The notes under the pieces are model-generated. The model was not told the origin of the DNA, did no database searches, and saw only the letters and a list, made by a program, of their open reading frames with translations. Below, piece by piece: positions 1-15,964 of a DNA stretch of 64,000 nt. Origin of the DNA: Nemertoderma westbladi (taxonomy: Eukaryota; Animalia; Xenacoelomorpha); NCBI GenBank assembly GCA_032718475.1, contig JAUCBJ010007728.1:124001-188000 (forward strand), given 5' to 3'. The translations under genes and the position numbers were made by a program. Each line of letters opens with the position of its first letter. Position 1 is the first letter of the stretch.

Positions 1-3000
1 CCTTGGTGTTTTTCTGCAATAATTTATCAGAATATCCTCTGTTTTTTTACAAAAACCATATCGATTTTCATATTTATAACTTCTAACCCACTCCAAGAGA
101 TAGAGAATCTTAAATGAAAGTCACAAGAACAGGTAACACTTACATTTATAGAAGTAATCAGCTGTTATTTGCTACGTCTTTCCGCTGAGGATGAATGAAT
201 TTTGATTGTGTCAGAACACCCCCTATCTGTGGTTGTATGAGTGGAGAGATAAGTAGCCTAACTCCCTATTAATATTGTTGTGTTCTAGAATATTTATTAT
301 TGTTTCATCGTATTGCTAAAGTGGCTGGTGCTAAAGTTATTATGTAATGCAATAAATCACCTCAAATATCTCAGCTATTTCATGAACATAATGAAGTATT
401 AAAGCCATGTCAAAATCATTGGTGTTTTTCTGCAATAATATATCAAAATATCCTCTGATTTTTTACAAAAACCTAATCGATTTTCTTATTTATATCTTCT
501 AACCCACCCCTCCACGAGATAGATAATCTTAAATGAAAGTCAAAAGAACAGGTAACACTTACATTTATAGAAGTAATCACCTGTTATTTGCTACGTCTTT
601 CCGCTGAAGATGAATGAATTTTGATTGTGTCAAAAACACCCCCTATCTGTGGTTGTATGAGTGGAGAGATAAGTAGCCTATCTCCCTATTAATATTGTTG
701 TGTTCTAGAATATATTTTATAGTTTCATCGTATTGCCAAAGTGACTGGAGCTAAAGTTATTATGTAATGCAATAATTCACCTCAAATATCTCAGCTATTT
801 CATGAACATAATGAAGTATTAAAGCCATGTCAAAATCCTTGGTGTTTTTCTGCAATAATTTATCAAAATATCCTCATATTTTTTATCGATTTTCTTATTT
901 ATATCTTCTATCCCACTCCACGAGATAGAGAATCTTAAATGAATGTCAAAAGAACAGGTAACACTTACATTTATAGCAGTAATCAGCTGTTATTTGCTAC
1001 GTATTTCCGCTGGATATGAATTAATTTTGATTGTATCAGAACACCCCTATAGGTGGTTGTATGAGTGGAGAGATAAGTATCCTATCTCCCTATTAATATT
1101 GTTGTGTTCTAGAATATTTTTTATGGTTTCATCGTATTGCCAAAGTAACTGGAGTTGAAGTTAACTCATAATACAATAATTCACCTCAAATATCTCAGCT
1201 ATTTCATGAACATAATGAAGTATTAAAGCCATGTCAAAATCCTTGGTGTTTTTCTGCAATAATTTATCAAAATATCCCCTGATGTTTTAAAAAACCATAT
1301 CGATTTTCATATTTATAACTTCTATCACACTCCACGAGATAGAGAATCTTAAATGAACGTCAAAAGAACAGGTAACACTTGCATTTATAGCAGTAATCAG
1401 CTGTTATATGCTACGTATTTCCGCTGGAGATGAATGAATTTTGATTGTATCAGAACACCCCTATCTGTGGTTGTATGAGTGGAGAGATAAGTATCCTATC
1501 TCCCTATTAATATTGTTTTGTTCTAGAATATTTATTATGGTTTCATCGTATTGTCAAAGTGACTGGAGTTGAAGTTAACTCATAATACAATAATTCACCT
1601 CAAATGTCTCAGCTATTTCATGAACATAATGAAGTATTAAAGCCATGTCAAAATCCTTGGTGTTTTTCTGCAATAATTTATCAAAATATCCTCTATTTTT
1701 TTCCAAAAACCATATCGATTTTCTTATTTATAACTTCTAACCCACTGATAGAGATAGAGAATCTTAAATGAAAGTCCCAAGAACAGGTAACACTTACATT
1801 TATAGAAGTAATCAGCTGTTATTAGCTACGTCTTTCCGCTGAAGATGAATGAATTTTGATTGTGTCAGAACACCCCCTATCTGTGGTTGTATGAGTGGAG
1901 AGATAAGTAGCCTATCTCCTTGTTAATATTGTTGTGTTCTAGAATATTTATTATAGTTTCATCGTATTGCCAAAGTGACTAGAGCTGAAGTTGACTCATA
2001 ATACAATAATTCACCTCAAATATCTCAGCTATTTCATGAACATAATGAAGTATTAAAGCCATCTCGAAATCCTTGGTGTTTTTCTGCAATAATTTATCAG
2101 AATATCCTCTGATTTTTTACAAAAACCATATCGATTTTCACATTTATAACTTCTAACCCACTCCAAGAGATAGAGAATCTTAAATGAAAGTCACAAGAAC
2201 AGGTAACACTTACATTTATAGAAGTAATCAGCTGTTATTTGCTACGTCTTTCCGCTGAGGATGAATGAATTTTGATTGTGTCAGAACACCCCCTATCTGT
2301 GGTTGTATGAGTGGAGCGATAAGTAGCCTATCTCCTTGTTAGTATTGTTGTGTTCTAGAATATTTATTATAGTTTCATCGTATTGCCAAAGTGACTAGAG
2401 CTGAAGTTGACTCATAATACAATAATTCACCTCAAATATCTCAGCTATTTCATGAACATAATGAAGTATTAAAGCCATCTCGAAATCCTTGGTGTTTTTC
2501 TGCAATAATTTATCAGAATATCCTCTGTTTTTTTACAAAAACCATATCGATTTTCATATTTATAACTTCTAACCCACTCCAAGAGATAGAGAATCTTAAA
2601 TGAAAGTCCCAAGAACAGGTAACACTTACATTTATAGAAGTAATCAGCTGTTATTAGCTATGTCTTTCCGCTGAAGATGAATGAATTTTGATTGTGTCAG
2701 AACACCATCTGTGGTTGTATGAGTGGAGAGATAAGTAGCCTATCTCCCTATTAATATTGCTGTGTTCTAGAATATTTATTATTGTTTCATCGTATTGCTA
2801 AAGTGGCTGGAGCTAAAGTTATTATGTAATGCAATAATTCACCTCAAATATCTCAGCTATTTCATGAACATAATGAAGTATTAAAGCCATGTCAAAATCA
2901 TTGATTTTTTTCAAAAACCATATCGATTTTCTTATTTATATCTTCTAACCCACTCCTCCACGAGATAGAGAATCTTAAATGAAAGTCAAAAGAACAGGTA

Positions 3001-6000
3001 ACACTTACATTTATAGAAGTAATCAGCTGTTATTTGCTACGTCTTTCCGCTGAAGATGAATGAATTTTGATTGTGTCAAAAACACCCCCTATGTGGTTGT
3101 ATGAGTGGAGAGATAAGTAGCCTATCTCCCTATTAATATTGTTGTGTTCTAGAATATTTTTTATAGTTTCATCGTATTGCCAAAGTGACTGGAGCTAAAG
3201 TTATTATGTAATGCAATAATTAACCTCAAATATCTCAGCTATTTCATGAACATAATGAAGTATTAAAGCCATGTCAAAATCCTTGGTGTTTTTCTGCAAT
3301 AATTTATCAAAATATCCTCTGATTTTTTACAAAAACTATATCGATTTTCATATTTATAACTTCTATCCCACTCCACGAGATAGAGAATCTTAAATGAAAG
3401 TCACAAGAACAGGTAACACTTACATTTATAGAAGTAATCAGCTGTTATTTGCTACGTCTTTCCGCTGAGGATGAATGAATTTTGATTGTGTCAGAACACC
3501 CCCTATCTGTGGTTGTATGAGTGGAGAGATAAGTAGCCTAACTCCCTATTAATATTGTTGTGTTCTAGAATATTTATTATTGTTTCATCGTATTGCTAAA
3601 GTGGCTGGAGCTAAAGTTATTATGTAATGCAATAAATCACCTCAAATATCTCAGCTATTTCATGAACATAATGAAGTATTAAAGCCATGTCGAAATCCTT
3701 GGTGTTTTTCTGCAATAATTTATCAAAATATCCTCTGTTTTTTTACAAAAAGCATATCGATTTTCATATTTATAACTTCTATCCCACTCCACGAGATAGA
3801 GAATCTTAAATTAATGTCAAAAGAACAGGTAACACTTACATTTATAGCAGTAATCAGCTGTTATATGCTACGTATTTCCGCTGGAGATGAATGAATTTTG
3901 ATTGCGTTGGAATAACCCCTATCTGTGGCTGTCTGAGTGGAGCGATAAGTAGCCTATCTCCTTGTTAATATTGTTGTGTTCTAGAATATTTATTATAGTT
4001 TCATCGTATTGCCAAAGTGACTAGAGCTGAAGTTGACTCATAATACAATAATTCACCTCAAATATCTCAGCTATTTCATGAACATAATGAAGTATTAAAG
4101 CCATCTCGAAATCCTTGGTGTTTTTCTGCAATAATTTATCAGAATATCCTCTGTTTTTTTACAAAAACCATATCGATTTTCATATTTATAACTTCTAACC
4201 CACTCCAAGAGATAGAGAATCTTAAATGAAAGTCACAAGAACAGGTAACACTTACATTTATAGAAGTAATCACCTGTTATTTGCTACGTCTTTCCGCTGA
4301 AGATGAATGAATTTTGATTGTGTCAAAAACACCCCCTATCTGTGGTTGTATGAGTGGAGAGATAAGTAGCCTATCTCCCTATTAATATTGTTGTGTTCTA
4401 GAATATTTTTTATAGTTTCATCGTATTGCCAAAGTGACTGGAGCTAAAGTTATTATGTAATGCAATAATTCACCTCAAATATCTCAGCTATTTCATGAAC
4501 ATAATGAAGTATTAAAGCCATGTCAAAATCCTTGGTGTTTTTCTGCAATAATTTATCAAAATATCCTCTGATTTTTTACAAAAACTATATCGATTTTCAT
4601 ATTTATAACTTCTATCCCACTCCACGAGATAGAGAATCTTAAATGAAAGTCACAAGAACAGGTAACACTTACATTTATAGAAGTAATCAGCTGTTATTTG
4701 CTACGTCTTTCCGCTGAGGATGAATGAATTTTGATTGTGTCAGAACACCCCCTATCTGTGGTTGTATGAGTGGAGAGATAAGTAGCCTAACTCCCTATTA
4801 ATATTGTTGTATTCTAGAATATTAATTATTGTTTCATCGTATTGCTAAAGTGGCTGGAGCTAAAGTTATTATGTAATGCAATAAATCACCTCAAATATCT
4901 CAGCTATTTCATGAACATAATGAAGTATTAAAGCCATGTCAAAATTATTGGTGTTTTTCTGCAATAATCTATCAAAATATCCTCTGATTTTTTACAAAAA
5001 CCATATCGATTTTCATATTTATAACTTCTATCCCACTCCACGAGATAGAGAATCTTAAATGAATGTCAAAAGAACAGGTAACACTTACATTTATAGCAGT
5101 AATCAGCTGTTATTTGCTATGTCTTTCCGCTGAAGATGGATGAATTTTGATTGCGTTGGAACACACCCTATCTGTGGCTGTCTGAGTGGAGAGATAAGTA
5201 GCCTATCTCCCTGTTAATATTGCTTTGTTCTAGAATATTATTATGATTTCATCGTATTGCCAAAGTGACTAGAGCTGAAGTTGACTCATAATACAACAAT
5301 TCACCTCAAATATCTCAGCTATTTCATGAACATAATGAAGTATTAAATCCATGTCGAAATCCTTGGTGTTTTTCTGCAATAATTTATAAAAATATCCTCT
5401 GTTTTTTTACAAAAAGCATATCGATTTTCATATTTATAACTTCTATCCAACTCCACGAGATAGAGAATCTTAAATGAATGTCAAAAGAACAGGTAACACT
5501 TACATTTATAGCAGTAATCAGCTGTTATATGCTACGTGTTTCCGTTGGAGATGAATGAATTTTGATTGCGTTGGAACAACCCCTATCTGTGGCTGTCTGA
5601 GTGGAGCGATAAGTAGCCTATATCCTTGTTAATATTGTTGTGTTCTAGAATATTTATTATAGTTTCATCGTATTGCCAAAGTGACTAGAGCTGAAGTTGA
5701 CTCATAATACAATAATTCACCTCAAATATCTCAGCTATTTCATGAACATAATGAAGTATTAAAGCCATCTCGAAATCCTTGGTGTTTTTCTGCAATCATT
5801 TATCAGAATATACTCTTTTTTTTTACAAAAACCATATCGATTTTCATATTTATAACTTCTAACCCACTCCAGAGAATCTTAAATGAAAGTCACAAGAACA
5901 GGTAACACTTACATTTATAGAAGTAATCAGCTGTTATTTGCTACGTCTTTCCGCTGAGGATGAATGAATTTTGATTGTGTCAGAACACCCCCTATCTGTG

Positions 6001-9000
6001 GTTGTATGAGTGGAGAGATAAGTAGCCTAACTCCCTATTAATATTGTTGTGTTCTAGAATATTTATTATTGTTTCATCGTATTGCTAAAGTGGCTGGAGC
6101 TAAAGTTATTATGTAATGCAATAAATCACCTCAAATTTCTCAGCTATTTCATGAACATAATGAAGTATTAAAGCCATGTCAAAATCATTGGTGTTTTTCT
6201 GCAATAATATATCAAAATATCCTCTGATTTTTTACAAAAACCATATCGATTTTCTTATTTATATCTTCTAACCCCCTCCACGAGATAGAGAATCTTAAAT
6301 GAAAGTCAAAAGAACAGGTAACACTTACATTTATAGAAGTAATCACCTGTTATTTGCTACGTCTTTCCGCTGAAGATGAATGAATTTTGATTGTGTCAAA
6401 AACACCCCCTATCTGTGGTTGTATGAGTGGAGAGATAAGTAGCCTATCTCCCTATTAATATTGTTGTGTTCTAGAATATTTTTTATAGTTTCTTCGTATT
6501 GCCAAAGTGACTGGAGCTGAAGTTAACTCATAATACAAAAATTCACCTCAAATATCTCAGCTATTTCATGAACATAATGAAGTATTAAAGCCACCTCGAA
6601 ATCCTTGGTGTTTTTCTGCAATAATTTATCAGAATATCCTCTGTTTTTTTACAAAAACCATATCGATTTTCATATTTATAACTTCTAACCCACTCCAAGA
6701 GATAGAGAATCTTAAATGAAAGTCACAAGAACAGGTAACACTTACATTTATAGAAGTAATCAGCTGTTATTTGCTACGTCTTTCCGCTGAGGATGAATGA
6801 ATTTTGATTGTGTCAGAACACCCCCTATCTGTGGTTGTATGAGTGGAGAGATAAGTAGCCTATCTCCCTATTAATATTGTTGTGTTCTAGAATATTTTTT
6901 ATAGTTTCTTCGTATTGCCAAAGTGACTGGAGCTGAAGTTAACTCATAATACAAAAATTCACCTCAAATATCTCAGCTATTTCATGAACATAATGAAGTA
7001 TTAAAGCCACCTCGAAATCCTTGGTGTTTTTCTGCAATAATTTATCAGAATATCCTCTGTTTTTTTACAAAAACCATATCGATTTTCATATTTATAACTT
7101 CTAACCCACTCCAAGAGATAGAGAATCTTAAATGAAAGTCACAAGAACAGGTAACACTTACATTTATAGAAGTAATCAGCTGTTATTTGCTACGTCTTTC
7201 CGCTGAGGATGAATGAATTTTGATTGTGTCAGAACACCCCCTATCTGTGGTTGTATGAGTGGAGAGATAAGTAACCTAACTCCCTATTAATATTGTTGTG
7301 TTCTAGAATATTTATTATTGTTTCATCGTATTGCTAAAGTGGCTGGTGCTAAAGTTATTATGTAATGCAATAAATCACCTCAAATATCTCAGCTATTTCA
7401 TGAACATAATGAAGTATTAAAGCCATGTCAAAATCATTGGTGTTTTTCTGCAATAATATATCAAAATATCCTCTGATTTTTTACAAAAACCTAATCGATT
7501 TTCTTATTTATATCTTCTAACCCACCCCTCCACGAGATAGAGAATCTTAAATGAAAGTCACAAGAACAGGTAACACTTACATTTATAGAAGTAATCAGCT
7601 GTTATTTGCTACGTCTTTCCGCTGAGGATGAATGAATTTTGATTGTGTCAGAACACCCCCTATCTGTGGTTGTATGAGTGGAGAGATAAGTAGCCTAACT
7701 CCCTATTAATATTGTTGTGTTCTAGAATATTTATTATTGTTTCATCGTATTGCTAAAGTGGCTGGAGCTAAAGTTATTATGTAATGCAATAAATCACCTC
7801 AAATATCTCAGCTATTTCATGAACATAATGAAGTATTAAAGCCATGTCAAAATCATTGGTGTTTTTCTGCAATAATATATCAAAATATCCTCTGATTTTT
7901 TACAAAAACCATATCGATTTTCTTATTTATATCTTCTAACCCACCCATCCACGAGATAGAGAATCTTAAATGAAAGTCAAAAGAACAGGTAACACTTACA
8001 TTTATAGAAGTAATCACCTGTTATTTGCTACGTCTTTCCGCTGAAGATGAATGAATTTTGATTGTGTCAAAAACACCCCCTATCTGTGGTTGTATGAGTG
8101 GAGAGATAAGTAGCCTATCTCCCTATTAATATTGTTGTGTTCTAGAATATTTTTTATAGTTTCATCGTATTGCCAAAGTGACTGGAGCTAAAGTTATTAT
8201 GTAATGCAATAATTCACCTCAAATATCTCAGCTATTTCATGAACATAATGAAGTATTAAAGCCACCTCGAAATCCTTGGTGTTTTTCTGCAATAATTTAT
8301 CAGAATATCCTCTGATTTTTTACAAAAACCATATCGATTTTCTTATTTATATCTTCTAACCCCCTCCACGAGATAGAGAATCTTAAATGAAAGTCAAAAG
8401 AACAGGTAACACTTACATTTATAGAAGTAATCACCTGTTATTTGCTACGTCTTTCCGCTGAAGATGAATGAATTTTGATTGTGTCAAAAACACCCCCTAT
8501 CTGTGGTTGTATGAGTGGAGAGATAAGTAGCCTATCTCCCTATTAATATTGTTGTGTTCTAGAATATTTTTTATAGTTTCTTCGTATTGCCAAAGTGACT
8601 GGAGCTGAAGTTAACTCATAATACAAAAATTCACCTCAAATATCTCAGCTATTTCATGAACATAATGAAGTATTAAAGCCACCTCGAAATCCTTGGTGTT
8701 TTTCTGCAATAATTTATCAGAATATCCTCTGTTTTTTTACAAAAACCATATCGATTTTCATATTTATAACTTCTAACCCACTCCAAGAGATAGAGAATCT
8801 TAAATGAAAGTCACAAGAACAGGTAACACTTACATTTATAGAAGTAATCAGCTGTTATTTGCTACGTCTTTCCGCTGAGGATGAATGAATTTTGATTGTG
8901 TCAGAACACCCCCTATCTGTGGTTGTATGAGTGGAGAGATAAGTAGCCTAACTCCCTATTAATATTGTTGTGTTCTAGAATATTTATTATTGTTTCATCG

Positions 9001-12000
9001 TATTGCTAAAGTGGCTGGTGCTAAAGTTATTATGTAATGCAATAAATCACCTCAAATATCTCAGCTATTTCATGAACATAATGAAGTATTAAAGCCATGT
9101 CAAAATCATTGGTGTTTTTCTGCAATAATATATCAAAATATCCTCTGATTTTTTACAAAAACCTAATCGATTTTCTTATTTATATCTTCTAACCCACCCC
9201 TCCACGAGATAGAGAATCTTAAATGAAAGTCACAAGAACAGGTAACACTTACATTTATAGAAGTAATCAGCTGTTATTTGCTACGTCTTTCCGCTGAGGA
9301 TGAATGAATTTTGATTGTGTCAGAACACCCCCTATCTGTGGTTGTATGAGTGGAGAGATAAGTAGCCTAACTCCCTATTAATATTGTTGTGTTCTAGAAT
9401 ATTTATTATTGTTTCATCGTATTGCTAAAGTGGCTGGAGCTAAAGTTATTATGTAATGCAATAAATCACCTCAAATATCTCAGCTATTTCATGAACATAA
9501 TGAAGTATTAAAGCCATGTCAAAATCATTGGTGTTTTTCTGCAATAATATATCAAAATATCCTCTGATTTTTTACAAAAACCATATCGATTTTCTTATTT
9601 ATATCTTCTAACCCACCCATCCACGAGATAGAGAATCTTAAATGAAAGTCAAAAGAACAGGTAACACTTACATTTATAGAAGTAATCACCTGTTATTTGC
9701 TACGTCTTTCCGCTGAAGATGAATGAATTTTGATTGTGTCAAAAACACCCCCTATCTGTGGTTGTATGAGTGGAGAGATAAGTAGCCTATCTCCCTATTA
9801 ATATTGTTGTGTTCTAGAATATTTTTTATAGTTTCATCGTATTGCCAAAGTGACTGGAGCTAAAGTTATTATGTAATGCAATAATTCACCTCAAATATCT
9901 CAGCTATTTCATGAACATAATGAAGTATTAAAGCCACCTCGAAATCCTTGGTGTTTTTCTGCAATAATTTATCAGAATATCCTCTGATTTTTTACAAAAA
10001 CCATATCGATTTTCTTATTTATATCTTCTAACCCCCTCCACGAGATAGAGAATCTTAAATGAAAGTCAAAAGAACAGGTAACACTTACATTTATAGAAGT
10101 AATCACCTGTTATTTGCTACGTCTTTCCGCTGAAGATGAATGAATTTTGATTGTGTCAAAAACACCCCCTATCTGTGGTTGTATGAGTGGAGAGATAAGT
10201 AGCCTATCTCCCTATTAATATTGTTGTGTTCTAGAATATTTTTTATAGTTTCTTCGTATTGCCAAAGTGACTGGAGCTGAAGTTAACTCATAATACAAAA
10301 ATTCACCTCAAATATCTCAGCTATTTCATGAACATAATGAAGTATTAAAGCCACCTCGAAATCCTTGGTGTTTTTCTGCAATAATTTATCAGAATATCCT
10401 CTGTTTTTTTACAAAAACCATATCGATTTTCATATTTATAACTTCTAACCCACTCCAAGAGATAGAGAATCTTAAATGAAAGTCACAAGAACAGGTAACA
10501 CTTACATTTATAGAAGTAATCAGCTGTTATTTGCTACGTCTTTCCGCTGAGGATGAATGAATTTTGATTGTGTCAGAACACCCCCTATCTGTGGTTGTAT
10601 GAGTGGAGAGATAAGTAGCCTAACTCCCTATTAATATTGTTGTGTTCTAGAATATTTATTATTGTTTCATCGTATTGCTAAAGTGGCTGGTGCTAAAGTT
10701 ATTATGTAATGCAATAAATCACCTCAAATATCTCAGCTATTTCATGAACATAATGAAGTATTAAAGCCATGTCAAAATCATTGGTGTTTTTCTGCAATAA
10801 TATATCAAAATATCCTCTGATTTTTTACAAAAACCTAATCGATTTTCTTATTTATATCTTCTAACCCACCCCTCCACGAGATAGAGAATCTTAAATGAAA
10901 GTCACAAGAACAGGTAACACTTACATTTATAGAAGTAATCAGCTGTTATTTGCTACGTCTTTCCGCTGAGGATGAATGAATTTTGATTGTGTCAGAACAC
11001 CCCCTATCTGTGGTTGTATGAGTGGAGAGATAAGTAGCCTAACTCCCTATTAATATTGTTGTGTTCTAGAATATTTATTATTGTTTCATCGTATTGCTAA
11101 AGTGGCTGGAGCTAAAGTTATTATGTAATACAATAAATCACCTCAAATATCTCAGCTATTTCATGAACATAATGAAGTATTAAAGCCATGTCAAAATCAT
11201 TGGTGTTTTTCTGCAATAATATATCAAAATATCCTCTGATTTTTTACAAAAACCATATCGATTTTCTTATTTATATCTTCTAACCCACCCATCCACGAGA
11301 TAGAGAATCTTAAATGAAAGTCAAAAGAACAGGTAACACTTACATTTATAGAAGTAATCACCTGTTATTTGCTACGTCTTTCCGCTGAAGATGAATGAAT
11401 TTTGATTGTGTCAAAAACACCCCCTATCTGTGGTTGTATGAGTGGAGAGATAAGTAGCCTATCTCCCTATTAATATTGTTGTGTTCTAGAATATTTTTTA
11501 TAGTTTCATCGTATTGCCAAAGTGACTGGAGCTAAAGTTATTATGTAATGCAATAATTCACCTCAAATATCTCAGCTATTTCATGAACATAATGAAGTAT
11601 TAAAGCCACCTCGAAATCCTTGGTGTTTTTCTGCAATAATTTATCAGAATATCCTCTGTTTTTTTACAAAAACCATATCGATTTTCATATTTATAACTTC
11701 TAACCCACTCCAAGAGATAGAGAATCTTAAATGAAAGTCACAAGAACAGGTAACACTTACATTTATAGAAGTAATCAGCTGTTATTTGCTACGTCTTTCC
11801 GCTGAAGATGGATGAATTTTGATTGTGTCAAAAACACCCCCTATCTGTGGTTGTATGAGTGGAGAGATAAGTAGCCTATCTCCCTATTAATATCGTTGTG
11901 TTCTAGAATATTTTTTATAGTTTCATCGTATTGCCAAAGTGACTGGAGCTAAAGTTATTATGTAATGCAATAAGTCACCTCAAATATCTCAGCTATTTCA

Positions 12001-15000
12001 TGAACATAATGAAGTATTAAAGCCATGTCAAAATCCTTGGTGTTTTTCTGCAATAATTTATCAAAATATCCTCATATTTTTTATCGATTTTCTTATTTAT
12101 ATCTTCTATCCCACTCCACGAGATAGAGAATCTTAAATGAATGTAAAAAGAACAGGTAACACTTACATTTATAGCAGTAATCAGCTGTTATTTGCTACGT
12201 ATTTCCGCTGGATATGAATGAATTTTGATTGTATCAGAACACCCCTATAGGTGGTTGTATGAGTGGAGAGATAAGTATCCTATCTCCCTATTAATATTGT
12301 TGTGTTCTAGAATATTTTTTATGGTTTCATCGTATTGCCAAAGTAACTGGAGTTGAAGTTAACTCATAATACAATAATTCACCTCAAATATCTCAGCTAT
12401 TTCATGAACATAATGAAGTATTAAAGCCATGTCAAAATCCTTGGTGTTTTTCTGCAATAATTTATCAAAATATCCTCTGATGTGTTAAAAAACCATATCG
12501 ATTTTCATATTTATAACTTCTATCACACTCCACGAGATAGAGAATCTTAAATGAACGTCAAAAGAACAGGTAACACTTACATTATAGCAGTAATCAGCTG
12601 TTATATGCTACGTATTTCCGCTGGAGATGAATGAATTTTGATTGTATCAGAACACCCCTATCTGTGGTTGTATGAGTGGAGAGATAAGTATCCTATCTCC
12701 CTATTAATATTGTTTTGTTCTAGAATATTTATTATGGTTTCATCGTATTGTCAAAGTGACTGGAGTTGAAGTTAACTCATAATACAATAATTCACCTCAA
12801 ATATCTCAGCTATTTCATGAACATTTGGTGTTTTTCTGCAATAATTTATCAAAATATCCTCTATTTTTTTCCAAAAACCATATCGATTTTCATATTTATA
12901 ACTTCTATCCCACTCCAAGAGATAGAGAATCTTAAATGAAAGTCACAAGAACAGGTAACACTTACATTTATAGAAGTAATCAGCTGTTATTTGCTACGTC
13001 TTTCCGCTGAGGATGAATGAATTTTGATTGTGTCAGAACACCCCCTATCTGTGGTTGTATGAGTGGAGAGATAAGTAGCCTAACTCCCTATTAATATTGT
13101 TGTGTTCTAGAATATTTATTATTGTTTCATCGTATTGCTAAAGTGGCTGGCGCTAAAGTTATTATGTAATGCAATAAATCACCTCAAATATCTCAGCTAT
13201 TTCATGAACATAATGAAGTATTAAAGCCATGTCAAAATCATTGGTGTTTTTCTGCAATAATATATCAAAATATCCTCTGATTTTTTACAAAAACCATATC
13301 GATTTTCTTATTTATATCTTCTAACCCACCCCTCCACGAGATAGAGAATCTTAAATGAAAGTCAAAAGAACAGGTAACACTTACATTTATAGAAGTAATC
13401 ACCTGTTATTTGCTACGCCTTTCCGCTGAAGATGAATGAATTTTGATTGTGTCAAAAACACCCCCTATCTGTGGTTGTATGAGTGGAGAGATAAGTAGCC
13501 TATCTCCCTATTAATATTGTTGTGTTCTAGAATAATTTTTATAGTTTCATCGTATTGCCAAAGTGACTGGAGCTAAAGTTATTATGTAATGCAATAATTC
13601 ACCTCAAATATCTCAGCTATTTCATGAACATAATGAAGTATTAAAGCCATGTCAAAATCCTTGGTGTTTTTCTGCAATAATTTATCAAAATATCCTCTGA
13701 TTTTTTACAAAAACTATATCGATTTTCATATTTATAACTTCTATCCCACTCCACGAGATAGAGAATCTTAAATTAAAGTCACAAGAACAGGTAACACTTA
13801 CATTTATAGAAGTAATCAGCTGTTATTTGCTACGTCTTTCCGCTGAGGATGAATGAATTTTGATTGTGTCAGAACACCCCCTATCTGTGGTTGTATGAGT
13901 GGAGAGATAAGTAGCCTAACTCCCTATTAAAATTGTTGTGTTCTAGAATATTTTTTATAGTTTCATCGTATTGCCAAAGTGACTGGAGCTAAAGTTATTA
14001 TGTAATGCAATAATTCACCTCAAATATCTCAGCTATTTCATGAACATAATGAAGTATTAAAGCCATGTCAAAATCCTTGGTGTTTTTCTGCAATAATTTA
14101 TCAAAATATCCTCTGATTTTTTACAAAAACTATATCGATTTTCATATTTATAACTTCTATCCCACTCCACGAGATAGAGAATCTTAAATGAAAGTCACAA
14201 GAACAGGTAACACTTACATTTATAGAAGTAATCAGCTATTATTTGCTACGTCTTTCCGCTGAGGATGAATGAATTTTGATTGTGTCAGAACACCCCCTAT
14301 CTGTGGTTGTATGAGTGGAGAGATAAGTAGCCTAACTCCCTATTAATATTGTTGTGTTCTAGAATATTTATTATTGTTTCATCGTATTGCTAAAGTGGCT
14401 GGAGCTAAAGTTATTATGTAATGCAATAAATCACCTCAAATATCTCAGCTATTTCATGGACATAATGAAGTATTAAAGCCATGTCGAAATCTTTGGTGTT
14501 TTTCTGCAATAATTTATCAAAATATCCTCTGTTTTTTTACAAAAAGCATATCGATTTTCATATTTATAACTTCTATCCCACTCCATGAGATAGAGAATCT
14601 TAAATGAATGTCAAAAGAACAGGTAACACTTACATTTATAGCAGTAATCAGCTGTTATATGCTACGTATTTCCGCTGGAGATGAATGAATTTTGATTGCG
14701 TTGGAACAACCCCTATCTGTGGCTGTCTGAGTGGAACGATAAGTAGCCTATCTCCTTGTTAATATTGTTGTGTTCTAGAATATTCATTATAGTTTCATCG
14801 TATTGCCAAAGTGACTAGAGCTGAAGTTGACTCATAATACAATAATTCACCTCAAATATCTCAGCTATTTCATGAACATAATGAAGTATTAAAGCCATCT
14901 CGAAATCCTTGGTGTTTTTCTGCAATAATTTATCAGAATATCCTCTGTTTTTTTACAAAAACTATATCGATTTTCATATTTATAACTTCTAACCCACTCC

Positions 15001-15964
15001 AAGAGACAGAGAATCTTAAATGAAAGTCACAAGAACAGGTAACACTTACATTTATAGAAGTAATCAGCTGTTATTTGCTACGTCTTTCCGCTGAGGATGA
15101 ATGAATTTTGATTGTGTCAGAACACCCCCTATCTGTGGTTGTATGAGTGGAGAGATAAGTAGCCTAACTCCCTATTAATATTGTTGTGTTCTAGAATATT
15201 TATTATTGTTTCATCGTATTGCTAAAGTGGCTGGAGCTAAAGTTATTATGTAATGCAATAAATCACCTCAAATATCTCAGCTATTTCATGAACATAATGA
15301 AGTATTAAAGCCATGTCAAAATCATTGGTGTTTTTCTGCAATAATATATCAAAATATCCTCTGATTTTTTACAAAAACCATATCGATTTTCTTATTTATA
15401 TCTTCTAACCCACCCCTCCACGAGATAGAGAATCTTAAATGAAAGTCAAAAGAACAGGTAACACTTACATTTATAGAAGTAATCACCTGTTATTTGCTAC
15501 GCCTTTCCGCTGAAGATAAATGAATTTTGATTGTGTCAAAAACACCCCCTATCTGTGGTTGTATGAGTGGAGAGATAAGTAGCCTATCTCCCTATTAATA
15601 TTGTTGTGTTCTAGAATATTTTTTATAGTTTCATCGCATTGCCAAAGTGACTGGAGCTAAAGTTATTATGTAATGCAATAATTCACCTCAAATATCTCAG
15701 CTATTTCATGAACATAATGAAGTATTAAAGCCATGTCGAAATCCTTGGTGTTTTTCTGCAATAATTTATCAAAATATCCTCTGTTTTTTTACAAAAAGCA
15801 TATAGATTTTCATATTTATAACTTCTATCCCACTCCACGAGATAGAGAATCTTAAATGAATGTCAAAAGAACAGGTAACACTTACATTTATAGCAGTAAT
15901 CAGCTGTTATATGCTACGTATTTCCGTTGGAGATGAATGAATTTTGATTGCGTTGGAACAACCC
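1..15964. repeat. Satellite array, ~417-bp AT-rich monomer (left subfamily), ~38 copies
   Basis: Landmarks such as AGAACAGGTAACACTTACATTTATAG and CTCAGCTATTTCATGAACATAATGAAG recur every ~416-420 bp head-to-tail; no real ORFs. Confidence 0.98.

Noticed and set aside
943-1158. Short ORFs in the satellite (also 54155, 55406, 58870, 60942)
   Set aside because: Chance open frames in monomer variants; most copies have stops and there are no domains.
14695-14715. CENP-B-box-like GCGTTGGAAC in some monomers
   Set aside because: Lacks the essential TTCG and CGGG positions and occurs only in minority variants.
1-15964. CRISPR-like array
   Set aside because: The whole monomer repeats with no unique spacers; eukaryotic context and no cas genes.
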